A stretch of DNA of 64,000 nucleotides, from positions 1-64,000 of the forward strand of contig MCFH01000035.1 in assembly GCA_002104945.1 (NCBI GenBank), read 5' to 3'. This DNA comes from Piromyces finnis finn (Eukaryota; Fungi; Neocallimastigomycota). The notes below the pieces were generated by a model that was given only the letters and a program-made list of their open reading frames with translations, did no database searches and had not been told where the DNA came from. Shown in pieces: positions 11,384-29,155 of the stretch. How positions within the stretch are numbered: position 1 is the first letter of the stretch; each line of letters starts with the position of its first letter. The position numbers and the translations under genes are program-made.

Positions 11384-14300
11384 TTTGGATAACTTTAAAT
11401 ACAAAATATAGATAAAAAATTATAATAATAAAAATAAAAATAATAAAAATAAAAATAATAACATAAATAAATAATAATTTATAGTTAGTTAATATTGATA
11501 TATTTTTGGTGGCAAAATGAAATGAAATTTCATTTTAATTAACATTTTATCTATTGTTCTATTTGTTAATTTACCTTTTATATAATTATAGGATTAGAAA
11601 AAAAATAAATTGAGAATTAAATAAATAAATTAATGTATAAATTTTATCTAAATGTGTTTTTATTCTTTATTTGAAAATTAATGTTATTTTCTAGATTATT
11701 TGTTTGTTGTTTTCTATATTACAATTAAATACTCCTTTTAATTTTGAAATATATAATTTTTTTTTACACTATTTTTCTTTAAAAGAAATATTATCTTTTT
11801 TACTATTTTTCAAAAGTGTATTTTTATTTAAAAGTAAAAACAAGGTAATTAATAAAGTAAAAAAAAAAAAAAAAAAAAATTTTTTTTTGGTGTTTATATA
11901 CTTTTTTTATTATTTTTTAATTTAATTTATTTTATTACTGATTTTAGAAATTGTAATAAAAAATGATGAAATGAATTTTTTTAATAATAAAATTTTAATT
12001 CGAACAATGAACAATAGCATCATCATCATTATCTTTATCATAATAATAATAATTTTAATTTTAATATTTATTTATTTATTAATTCTATTTAATTGTTTAT
12101 ATTTAATATTATTTCTTTATTCTTTAATTTATTTTATTTTATATATAATAGTTTAGAACGTTTATATTAAAAAAGTTTAAATTAATTTTTTTTAATAATA
12201 TTAATATTATTTTATTATTATAATATATATCAACATTATATGATTTCATTTCTGTTGAATTTTTTTTTAAAAAAAAAGAGAATATAGTAATGGAAAGCTT
12301 TACGAGAAACAAAAGTATAATAAGTAATGTATAAATAGGTATAGAAAATAGAAACAAATTATTATATTTACATTTTTCTTTTATAGATTTAAAAATCATG
12401 TTAAATTTATGGATTGAATCAATAGTTCACAAGCAAGCAAGTTTTCTTAATAATTATATATCATAAAAATGTAATAAAATATATATTATTTTCTTTTAAA
12501 AACCTAAATGAAATAATAATCCAACGACAAATAGATAAAACACTAAAACACTATATAGTATATTTTCCTTATTATTAAAGGTTTTTTTTTATTCTATTCA
12601 ATTTTCCTATTTTTATTCCTAAATTCAACTTTTTTAAAAAAAATGTTACACTAAAAAAAAACAACCACGATCAATAAAAATTTATTTTAAAATCTTGAAA
12701 TAAGATTATCATTCAGAATAAATACTTGATTAAAAAAAAAAAAGTATTTTACATTTTCCTAAACCACTAGTTACAATAACCGCAGTAACAAAAATTATAC
12801 TGAATTTCGCTTTACTTTTTTTTTTTTCTTTCTTCGATTAATTCTACTTTTTGTATGCAACAAAAGTTAAATTTAAAAAAATTAATTAAGCCAAATTAAG
12901 AAAATATAAATTAAAAATTTAGCGTATATTATTTCAATTTACTTTTTATTTTACAGAATAAAATCTACCATCAATTCGTATTAATTATAATATATATACT
13001 ATATATATTATAATATATATTCATTTATAGAGAAATCAAAAATCGAAAAATATTATTAATATATTATAATTAATATAATATTTTACATTATATTGTAATA
13101 TATGAACGAAATAATCAAGTTTACTTCCAAGCTCTAACTTTAATTATTTCAATTTATTGTATAATATATTATTCATATAATAATTTAAATTGATATTTCA
13201 TTGATTTTTTTTAAATTGTCCCATTATAAATATTATATTAATATATGTTGCTATTTAATATTTTATTAATTATATAATTATTTTAATTCTATTATATTAG
13301 AATGTAGTGTAATATATAATTTGAATTTATATTAGTTTTTTTTAAACAATTTTCTGTATAACATTATTTTCAAAATAGTTTGATTACTGGCTGGAAAACT
13401 ACTCTATAAATACTTAATACCAGAATATTAAAAACGTTCTTTTAAAGATACTAGTGACGGTGACAATAGCTCGATAGATAGGAACATCGATAATTACTGA
13501 CTACTTTTATTCATTTTTAATTTTTAATACCGGTTCTGTATTTATGAAATTTTATTTTTTTTTTTTTTTAAAAAAAAAAAGTTCATTTTAATATGTGTAT
13601 TACAGACCTTTGAAAAAATATCGATCATTTTTAGCCATTCTTTTTCCAATCCATATGCTTGTTGAATAATCTCCTTTTCAATTCTTTCAATTCTTTTTTA
13701 TATGAATAAAGAGTTTAAAGTATACACAATTAAATAATAAAAAAAATCCCAATTTTAATTATTGAAATTAATCATAAATAAATAACAGTGAATAAATATT
13801 AAATAGTGACAATGTTATTTTATGTGAAAATAAAATAATTATTATATTCTTTTTATTATTATAAAAAAAGAATTTATTTAAATCATTACCTTAAAAAACA
13901 TAATTAATCATAAACATCCCTTTTAATTCTTCAATACTTTTGTTTTACTATGTAATTAATGTAATTATAGTTAATAAAGTTAATCTTTATAATAGTAATA
14001 TTTAAAATGAAAAAAAAAAGGATTATTGATATACAATAAATAATGTATTATTTAATCCTATAAATTAACTTCTCATTGAAATTCTTTTTTAAATATAACC
14101 ATTTTTAAATTATTGATTTATTAAAAATCTTTATACTAAAAAAAACTTTATATGTTAATATTCAATTGTACAATATTATCTTTATATTAATTACTCTTGT
14201 TTTTTTTTTTTTTTTAATTAATATATATATGACTAAATTATAAACAAACAATAATAAAGATACGATTTAATAAACAATTCTAGTTGATTTTTTTTTTTTG

Positions 14301-16635
14301 GTTATAAAATAATTCGATAATATTTTTACCTATGTAATCTAACAAAAATATGATAATAGTTGCTATTCTTTCTTATAATATCATTCATGAAAAAAAAAAA
14401 AAAAAAGTTTATTTTTTTTCATGATTATATAGACTCTAATATATAATTTTTATGAAAAAAAAAAAAAATAGCAAATATCAACGTATGATAAGAGTAATTA
14501 AAATTTTATATTTTTCTAATTTTTCTATTTATAGGCATTATTTGTTAGGTAAAACTATACAGTATAATAACAATAATTAATATTGAAAATAAAACTTTAT
14601 TTTATATTTTATAATAAATTATTCCTTTTTGGATATATTTAAGACTATTTTGATAAAACATTCTATATACAACATATATAAATTACATTACATAGTTATT
14701 ATATAAAATACGTTTTCTATAATCATATGATCTTTATTTTTTTTTTAATGATGGATAAGAATGAAACTTCATACTTTGAAGTCTTAATTAAAAATGAAAA
14801 AGTCATGTTTTTAATGAATGCATTTTAATATAAGAACAAAATAATACATGATACTGCATCAAGATGAAATTATAACAGCCATCCTAACTACTTTAATTTT
14901 TCAATAAATGGTGATTCTAATCAAAAGTCTGTTATTAGAAAAAACAAAAAGAATTTATTAATAAAAGAATTAATAGATTATTTTAGAACAATAATTAATC
15001 TAATAAAAAAATTGATAGTATTTAACTTTAAATAATAATTATTTCTTATTTATATAAAAACGTATTATAAAAAAAATATTTTATTGTTACAATTTTTTTT
15101 TTTTTTATGTTACTTTCTTCAATTTTATTAGTTTTATATAATTTAACTATAAAAGTTTAAATGAACCTTAAATTTATACTTTTTTGGTTAAATTAAACAT
15201 CAAAATAATTTAATTTATTAAACATTTAGTTAATATATTATCATATTATTTTTATTTCTATGTTATCAATTAATTAACTTTTTAGTTTTTTCTTTATATA
15301 TTATTTATTTAGTTCATTCATTTATTATTTTAAAAGTTATTGCTGTTTGTCTTAAAAAAAATAGTAATTATTACTAACCAAGAGATGAATTGTAGTAATA
15401 AAAAATCTAGAAAGATAGAAAATATGAAATATATTAAAAAAAAAAAATTAATATAAAAACATGAAAAATTTAAATCAACATTATATTACAATTATTTAAA
15501 TAACTACATTTTTATATAATAATGTATTTGAAAAAAGGTTTGATTATTGTTAATACAAATAGATAAATAGTATACTAGTATACTATAATAATTAAAAAAA
15601 ACAAACATTGTTCTATCAAAAATATATAATATATATCATAAAATGTTTTTATTAGTTAAAGAATGTCAACATTATAACAGTAAAAATAAATAAATATTTT
15701 AATTTTATTTTTTATAGTACATTATCAAAAAAAAAAAAAATTTTTTTAATTTTTATTATATATCAATAAAAAAAAATTTTTAAAAGTTTGAAATAACAAT
15801 TAGCTTTAAAATATATAAGAAAACATCTATTAATAATGCCCATTTTTTGAATTTTATGACGATAATATATATATAGTTTATGATATAAATAAAATTATAA
15901 AGGTTCTCTATAATAAATAATAAATAAAAATTACTTCAAGCCATCCAATTACAAAATCTTAAAAAATAAAAAGTTTTGTTGTTATCGATAACAAAGTTTT
16001 ATATAAAGTAAAAATTGAAATAGAATATCATAAAATTTAATTATTGATAATAAAGTATTTTTAGTCTTTTTTTATTTATTTATTCATTTAGTTAATTCCT
16101 TAACAAATAATTTATACCCATAACATGTAATAACCATTTAAAATTTAATTCTTAACTTTTTAATATCTATATGTTATTTGAAGTGTAATAATATAAGCAA
16201 AATTATATTGATAATTATTTGATGGGGTATAAAAAGATTTTGCTGAAAATTGTCATAAAGAATTATATAAAACTTTAATTGTAATTGAAAGAATGATTTT
16301 CATTAAAATAATAACCTTTAATTATGTCAAATCCTTGTAATTTCTTTTATATATTTTAAAAAAAGATTATAAAAAAAAAGAATAAAATATTCTGTTAATT
16401 ATTTATTGTATATTAAAAGTATTCTTTTATAAATTGTCAATTGAAAGAATATATTTTATTTACTATAAATAAATAGAGATATGTCTTTTTTTTTTTCATG
16501 TATTAACTTTTTATTTTTTTGTTAAAAGAATATAGTTATAAAGTATTTAAAAAAAAGATTTTTGTATTATAAGTAATAATCATAAAATTGCTTTAATTTC
16601 ATCAAAATATTTTATTTATTTAACCTTCATTAATA

Positions 16636-21122
<4,487 letters not shown>

Positions 21123-21721
21123 TTAAATAATAAATAACATAAAAATTTATAATACAGATTATAACTCATATATCAAATTATATAATTTAATCAAAACAAA
21201 TTTATAATAAAAATAATAAAAATAGGATAGTGTAATTATTATTTTTTTTTTTTTTTTTCTTGTACATTAATAATGATAATAAATTAAAACAAAAATGTTT
21301 TATTAAAAAAAAAAATTCACCAAACTCTATTTATAAAAATAAAATATGGTGTTGTTTATAAAACTTTTTTTTTTTTAATTATTAATTATGTATATATAAT
21401 TATATTTATTTATCATTTTGTATTGGAATTTAAATGAAACTAATTATCTACATAACTTTTTCTATATATTACAAGATAAATTATAGATAAACTATTAAAA
21501 TATATATAAAATAAAAAAAAATTTTTTTAAACTATTTAATTAGCATTATATTTATAGGTATATATGATAATAATGATATATATAAAGGTATTGTACTATT
21601 TTATTATAATATAATTAATTATAAAAATATGATAGCTTTTTTTTTTTTTTTTAATAATTATATTATTTATATATAATATATATTAAAAAATTGTATTTAA
21701 TTAACAGGTTTTATCATTTTA

Positions 21722-23154
21722 CTATATAGTAATTTTTGCTTCTTGGTATTTATTATCACGTTCAATAAGTGTTGGCAATCCTTCAGTACCAAACATATGA
21801 TCTGGCATAGCTCTATAATCACCTTGATTATCATTTCTTTTGGTAAGACTTCGTTTAAGTCCTGTTGCAGATCTCTTAAGACCGGAAGCAGATCTTGATA
21901 CACTACGTTTAAGATTACTAAAAGCATCTGGGAACTTTTGTTTTAATTCATCATATTTACTTGGACTTTGTTTCTTTAAATATAATAATCCTATACCTGC
22001 AGCTCCAGATACGGTTACAGCAGTGGAGAGAATACCAATAGTGTATGAACCACCTTCTTCATCTGGAAATTGACTTTCAAGAGCTTTTAACTCTTCATCT
22101 GAATAATTGGTTTGTTGTGGATTTATCGTTTTAGTTTGACCCACAATTGGAGCTTCCTCTGGAATAGTCTTTTCATTTGTTTCATCAGTAATTATATTTA
22201 TATCACCAATAGCTGGAACAACACTGATATTTGTTGAAGTGGCCTGGGAATTTGGAAGTGTTTTAGCCATTGATGCAAGTACTTTTGTTCCCATTGTGGT
22301 TGCAATTGAAGCGGCTGAAGCATTTGGAATGGCAACAGTCTTTGATGAAATAGCATTAAAAGCTACAGCATTAGTATTTGGAATACTTTTAGTTGGGATT
22401 GTTTTGGCTGTTGATCTATTTTGAGTAGTGGTTGTTCTTACTGTTGTAGTAATTCTTCTTGTTGTAGTTGTTCTTGTTGTAGTTGTTCTTCTAGTAGTTG
22501 TAGTAGTTTTTGGAATGGCGTTTTTATTAAAAGTACCTCTAGTTTCATTATTTTTAATCATTCTCAAAGCTTGTTCCTTATACATTGAAACAAATTGAGA
22601 TTTACTTAAACCTAATGATTTAGCAAAACTTTCAGTTTGACTAGGTGGGTAAATAATTTCTCTTGAGATTTTACCATTTGAAAATGCAGCAACCCAAATA
22701 ACAGGGAAGACACCATCATTTATTCTACGAACACTTTTAAAAGCTTCTCTACTAAGATCAATATGAGAATCTTTACATTCATGACAGGAATCAATAATTT
22801 TTACTTTTACCATTTTTCCAAGATATTGTTCTTCTCTATTATCAACAGCCATAACTACCGCGTATGAATCACACAAATTTCTATTATATTTGGTACTCTA
22901 TTATTTATAAAAATATATTTTTATATTATTAATAATTTTATCAAATAATTCTTATTATACTATATTTTACATACAATTGCTGCATAATAATCAGTATCAG
23001 GTTTGGATTGATGATCATAACATGAAGGATTCAATTCAGAATTTACATTTTTATCTTCTGAACCACCATACCAAGTAGCTTGATAGGCATCACCACTAGT
23101 TTTAATAAAGGGGATGTGTAAAGTTAGAATTATTAAAAAGAATATAATCTTCAT
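21722..23154 (-). CDS. Secreted-type RlpA/expansin-like double-psi beta-barrel protein with Thr-rich stalk, TM helix and cytoplasmic tail; 2 exons (23154-22975, 22897-21722)
   Basis: Signal peptide MKIIFFLIILTL, ATWY, YYAAI|STKY, VKIIDSCHEC..SHIDLSREAF (DPBB signature), T/R-rich linker and hydrophobic GILSTAVTVSGAAGIGLLYL followed by KK. The GTATGT...TAG intron 22974-22898 keeps frame. Confidence 0.82.
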
Positions 23155-24442
23155 AACTTTTATATCTTTTTCTTTATCTTATATTTATTTATTCTTTTTT
23201 TCTTATTAAAATAAATTATCTTATATATAATATGAAGCAAAATATAATAAGATATATTAAATAAAAGATAAAATTAAAAATAGTTGATTAGTACTATTAG
23301 TATAATTAATAATTAATTCTACAAATTAATTGATTGATTTAAAAAATGATGAATAATACAATTCTGTATTTTGAATAAACTTGTTTAATTGTATATATAT
23401 AGAATTAAATTTCTTCTTTTTAAAATATCAATTAACATAAAATATAAAATAATAGTGTAGTAATGATATTATTAGATATACTACTATGGATAATTACATT
23501 TTATCAGCATAAAAAAAAATTTATAAGATATAATTATTATAATTATAATTTTGGAAAAAATATCAAAAAAATAAAAAAAAGTAGAATAAATTAATATTTT
23601 ATATTCCTCCTAAAAAATCATATTTAATATATTATTTATTATATTATAATATATAACAATATGACAAATTTTAATGACTTTTTTGTGTAATCATTGTTTT
23701 GTTTTTTTTTTAATTAAAATAATATTTGGTGATTTTAAAGTTTTATATTAATTATACTTTAATAATTTACAACTTATTAATATATTTGTTAATTAAAAAA
23801 TATATATTTAATATATTATAGCATATATAATTAATTTAATACTTTTTAGTAAAAAAACTTATTATTTAATTAAAAATTTAAGATTATCTATTTAATGTGT
23901 AACATTAAGGTAAAATGTTCCTAATAATTAATTTTGTCTAAACTTAATTTATTAAAATAAAATTTAATATACAACTTTAATATGTATTTATGGCTTGACT
24001 CATACAAAATAAGAAATCTAATAAAAAAAGTTTTTTATTGTTATTTACAAAAAAATATAATAAGATTTTAATAAAGCCTTAATTGGGCTTTCACTACCAA
24101 ATAAAGAAATGTTCCATTTTTAATTTAAAATATATTAATTTCATATTCTAAAAACATTTTAACAAAATCAGAAGGCGGTAAAAAAAAAAAAAATTTAACG
24201 ATTATTATTGCTTTTAACAATAAACAAATGACTTTTAAATTATTAATGCACAATATTGATTTTTTATCAGCAATAATTGTTTTGTTTATATATTCAAATA
24301 TTATATTACTATGATAATGACCATTATTAAATATTATTATTATAATTATAATAGTATAATTGTATTTTAATTTTTAGAATTTTTGAATTCATTCTTATTA
24401 ATTTTTTATTATTAACCATTCATTTTTATTAATATTTATATT

Positions 24443-24475
<33 letters not shown>

Positions 24476-25140
24476 TTATATGTTTATTTATATATATTTA
24501 TATATTTATTTATTTGTTTATTTATTTATTTGTTTATTTATATTAAAAAATAATAATATAAATATTCTAGCTTTTGACTAAAGCAATATATTTTCATTTT
24601 AAATTAAAAAAGCGGTTATTTTTTTTTTAAAAAAAAATTACTATATTTAGAAGTAATTTTTAATGAATGAAAATTTAATTTTTTTTTTTTTTTTTTTTAC
24701 ATTCTTCTATTTAATAATGACTTGTTGGTGGAGGAAAATTTTTTATTATATAAATTTATGATATAGCATAGTAATTTAATGAAATATATAAATATAATAA
24801 TGTTATTACTACATAAAATATATCAAATAATATGTTTTTCATTTTCTCTAATAAAGTAAGCAATTACTAATTAGTAACTTTTTCTTTAATTTATTTAAAT
24901 ATTATTTATAAGTATGCATACACATCAATTAATAGTTTTATTTGTTATGCCATAATTTATATCAAATGTATTATTTAAAAACAAATTTAAAATCTAAAAA
25001 TAAAAAAAAAATATTTATTAAGAATCATTGTAGAATTTTATATACTTTTCAAAGAAACTCTAGAAATTTTATTTTAAAATTTTGAAATCCATAATACTAA
25101 TTTTATTAAGGATTTCTATATCAATCAATCTAAAAATAGT

Positions 25141-25221
25141 GTAAAATTTGATCCCATAATTTACAAAAATGTGTTGAAATTACTCATATATCTAGCAAAA
25201 TGTACCAGGTCCGATATCTTT
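25141..25221 (+). pseudogene. Ty1/copia reverse transcriptase relic
   Basis: Translates to VKFDPIIYKNVLKLLIYLAKCTRSDIF, resembling the copia RT segment Y....G.L.YL...TRPDI. The flanks are degenerate. Confidence 0.65.
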
Positions 25222-25723
25222 CTTTTTTTTTTTTTGCTCTTGAGAAAACCTTCCTAAGCATTTAATGAATACTAATAAGTTAAAACATGACCGTCGTGGT
25301 TTTATTACAGCCTGCTGACTCTGCAGGGGGACACCAAGGACCGAAAATTAACATCAAAATCTAGATCTTTTATTTTTTAAAATTTTATCATGTGGATTCA
25401 CATGATAGTGTGTAGAACAAGTTGTTCTTTTATTCTATTAGTAGTGGACGGTGTATGAGCTATCAACACCATAGTTGACATCCTCGTCCTCAAGAAGATA
25501 TTGGAAACAATTAATCCTTTCAGATGACTAATAAATGCGACAATATTTGGAATTATAATTAAATGTCCTTTTAGGTTTAAGCAAACTATACAATATTTTT
25601 AACATTAATACATTGATATTAATATTTTAAATGCAAAATGTAATGTAAATATATGGTCCATATATTTCAATTTACTAATACAAATCATAGAATGCATGTA
25701 TTAAAAAGATTTCATAGTATATA

Positions 25724-26255
25724 GTCGTTCCAGTTTTTATCCTGGTTGTTAAGGCGTTTCCTTAGCATACATAAGGCTTCTGGTTCGACCCCGCAGATGT
25801 CAGTGCCTGTGGATTTTCCCACTGGGTTTGCCATGGGTTGGGTTATGATATTCAGGTAAGTATAAATGAACTTTCTAATTTACTACTATGATAATAACAC
25901 TCGTCTAGCCGGCCTGAGAGGGTCTAGTGTACATGGTACATTCCAAATTAGAACTTAATAAGTGGTGACTTAGGCTATGCCAATAACACATAATATTCCT
26001 TAATCAATTTAAGTGTAAACATTAGGGGGCGGTTGACACGTGATCAAATTGACTATAAGAGGCTTAGCATTGTAGTTGTGAAATATCGTACAACGACATG
26101 CATCTAATGTACATGGATTAAGTGAGCGTCGAAGCTGAAGAAACAGTATGACAGACCAGGAGGGTCACAACCACCTAGCAATAGGAATGAGCCAACGTTT
26201 CTCTAAGAACCACCATTGGAGCTAACTCTGATCGATGGGAGAAATGCACTCGGAA

Positions 26256-26335
<80 letters not shown>
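25724..26335 (+). mobile_element. tRNA-Ala-derived SINE-like retroposon with poly(A) tail and target-site duplication
   Basis: Head has GGTTGTTAAGGCG (A-box-like), CC-TTAGCAT (Ala-AGC loop, 25762-25768) and B box GGTTCGACCCC (25782-25792). The body is GC-elevated and non-coding, with an A77 tail at 26259-26335 and an exact 13-bp direct repeat TTCATAGTATATA at 25711-25723 and 26336-26348. Confidence 0.88.
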
Positions 26336-26337
<2 letters not shown>

Positions 26338-27602
26338 CATAGTATATAATGATGAGAAAAAATGAAAACATCCAATAGATATTTGATCTAAAGGAAATGT
26401 TAGAATAAGAAAAAAATAACATTAGTGATATTATTATAATAAAATATTCAATATATATTGTTTTTAAATTGGTTATAAATTTACTATAAATGAGTAAAAA
26501 AAAAAAAATTACTTCCAAAATCTTTACATAAATTTATAAAATATGAATGTTGTAATGCTATTTCCAAAAATTGAAAATTTTAATAAATGTCAACCAAATA
26601 TAAAAATAGGTATATTAGAATAAACATATAAATGTAGTTTTTTGTCATATTTATAGCATAAAGCAAATACACATAGTTTGAATATATTAATATTATTTAT
26701 ATACTATATATTAAAAATAATAAGTATTTATAATTGTTAGTGTTTAGTTATAAATATCCAATTAGTAATAATTAATATTAATAAAGAGTTTATGTAAAAA
26801 AATTACTATATTTTGCTCAATGTATTTTATATTGCTACTATTATTAAGGAAATGCTCCGAGTAGCAAAGCTCCATCCTCTTCCTATACGTACCTGTTTCT
26901 TAATAATTATATTATCATACAAATGAATTTTTAATCTCTAATAAAAATATATAATATATATATGTTAAGATTTTTTATATTTAGTGAGCAAAATATAATA
27001 GTTTTACATAAAACTCTTTATAAATATCTAAATACAGTTTAATATAATTAAATTTAATAATTAAACATTTATATTAAATCATTAATAAATATAATTATAA
27101 TGTATAAAATCATAGATCTACCATTTATTATATTATCATTTGCAAGAAGTATTAATAGTATAAAAAAAAAATTATAATTATCAAAAATCTTTATACTTTT
27201 AAGAGGTATTTTTAAAAATATTTTTATTATTTAATAATATTAATTTTATATCATTTCTAATGTGTTACTGGCATATTCCGATTTTTTTTTTAATTCATTA
27301 CGGGTTAGGGTATATACAAATTTAACAGTAAAAATCATTTAATATATAAACATTTCATACATCATATATATATATATTTATATTATTATTTTTTAATTTT
27401 TTTTTTTTAACATTTAACATAATATTCAAATTGAATATTTGAAAAAAAAAAAGCTTTAACAAAAATTAATAAAAAGGAATTAAAAAAAAAATAATAATAT
27501 ATGTATGATAAGCACAAAAAATTAATTTAAAAATTAATAATACATAATACAAAAAATATTAATAATAAATCATAAGAATTAAATTTAAAAGTTAGTAATA
27601 CA

Positions 27603-28136
27603 ATGTCAAGTTCTGAAAAAACTGATTGTAAAGTTTGTTCAAGTTTTAGAGCCTGGTCTAAAAATGAAAGTAAAAAATTAAATTCACCAACAGTAACATC
27701 GACCACAAAAAAATGTAGAATATGTGATGTTGTTAATTTTTCAAAAAATAAATTACAACAACTTTTTAGTAATAAAGTTCAATCAAAAGAAATTTTTGAA
27801 TGTCCACCAAATGCTCAAGAATTAGGTAGAGCAACTTGGACTTATCTTCATTCTGTTGCTGCTTATTATCCAGAAAAGCCAACACGTAAACAACAAAAAG
27901 ATATGCAATCCTTTTTACGTATATTTTCAGAATTTTATCCATGTAAACCTTGTGCTAAATATTTAGTTAAAGAAATAAATGAACATCCACCACAAGTAGA
28001 AACAAAATCAGCATTAAGTACATGGGTATGTCAATTACATAATGAAGTTAATGCTAGACTTGGAAAACCAATCTTTGATTGTTCTAAAGTTGATGAACGT
28101 TGGAAAACCGGTCCACCAAATGGATTTTGTGATTAA
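27603..28136 (+). CDS. ERV1: FAD-linked sulfhydryl oxidase Erv1/ALR, intronless
   Basis: CPP..ELGRATWTYLH..AAYYP, redox YPCKPCA, W.CQLHNEVN.RLGKPIFDC...ERW, and N-terminal CxxC shuttle motifs. Confidence 0.95.
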   Translation: MSSSEKTDCKVCSSFRAWSKNESKKLNSPTVTSTTKKCRICDVVNFSKNKLQQLFSNKVQSKEIFECPPNAQELGRATWTYLHSVAAYYPEKPTRKQQKDMQSFLRIFSEFYPCKPCAKYLVKEINEHPPQVETKSALSTWVCQLHNEVNARLGKPIFDCSKVDERWKTGPPNGFCD

Positions 28137-28853
28137 TCAAAATCATAAAATTATTTTATAATTTAATTATTTTAATTATAAAAAAATTTTTTTTAAGAGT
28201 AATTTGAAAATAATAAATTAAATGTCTATATCATGTATTTAAACAATTTCCGCTATTAATAATTAATTATATATTAGATATTATAGAAATCATTCTTAAT
28301 AATTAAATGCTTTTTTTTTTTTTTTTAATTTGAAATCTAAATTAATTAAAGCCATCTTTAGATATACATAATAATATTTATGTATTATAAAATATAAAAT
28401 AAATTTTAAAAAAAAGTTTATAAAAACATATAAACTATAGAATTTTCATTTTTATTACCATTCTTTTTTTTTTTTTTTTTAAAATTAATAACTTCAATTA
28501 GTCAATAAATAAAATAATCAAATATCCAAATAATAATATACAAAATGTTTAAAATGTTTGTATTTTTTTTTAAAAAAATATAACATATAGCTATGGGTAA
28601 TAATTAAAAATCTTTAAAACTAAACAAAAGGAGTAATAAAAAATAGAGGGTTATTAAACTGTTTACCATCATCACTACAATATAAATGAAAAATATTTAT
28701 AATATGAATATTTATTAAAGTTCAATTCATTCATTTATGACTATGATTGTTGAATATGTATCATGATAATGCCTTTTATAATCATTCCTTTTTTCCTTTT
28801 GTATTATCATCATCAACGTATTATAGCATTTTTATTTATTTATTTATTTTTAT

Positions 28854-28892
<39 letters not shown>

Positions 28893-29155
28893 TTTATTTT
28901 ATTTTATTTTAATTTTTTTTTTTCTTTTGTAATTTCGTTAACTTTATAGATTTTTAATCCTGCTTTTTTTATTTTTTATATTTTTTTTTTTATTTTTTGC
29001 TTTTTTTTTTTTTATTATATATATATATTTTTTTTCTTGAAATATATTATGTTTATGTTACGATTTAAATATTATTTATTATTACATTTTGTTTTTCTTA
29101 AGGCTAGTCTTTTATATTGTCTTTTAATTATTTTTATTTTTTAATTTTAATTTAT

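Noticed and set aside
13450-13500. Possible C/D snoRNA ending in CTGA
   Set aside because: No convincing box C, terminal stem or continuous rRNA complement.
12390-13700. Exon-like GC islands; a minus-strand model MAKNDRYFFK|EP|SVIIDVPIYRAIVTVTSIFKR with a 5-nt microexon (13531-13535)
   Set aside because: The model needs a 30-nt intron, plus-strand readings are equally plausible, and no family motif is present. A gene may exist but cannot be supported without RNA-seq.
26222-26518. Minus-strand ORF with a poly-F tract
   Set aside because: Antisense reading of the SINE poly(A) tail.
27302-27310. GGGTTAGGG telomere-like/telo-box motif upstream of ERV1
   Set aside because: A single short occurrence with no array and no supporting context.
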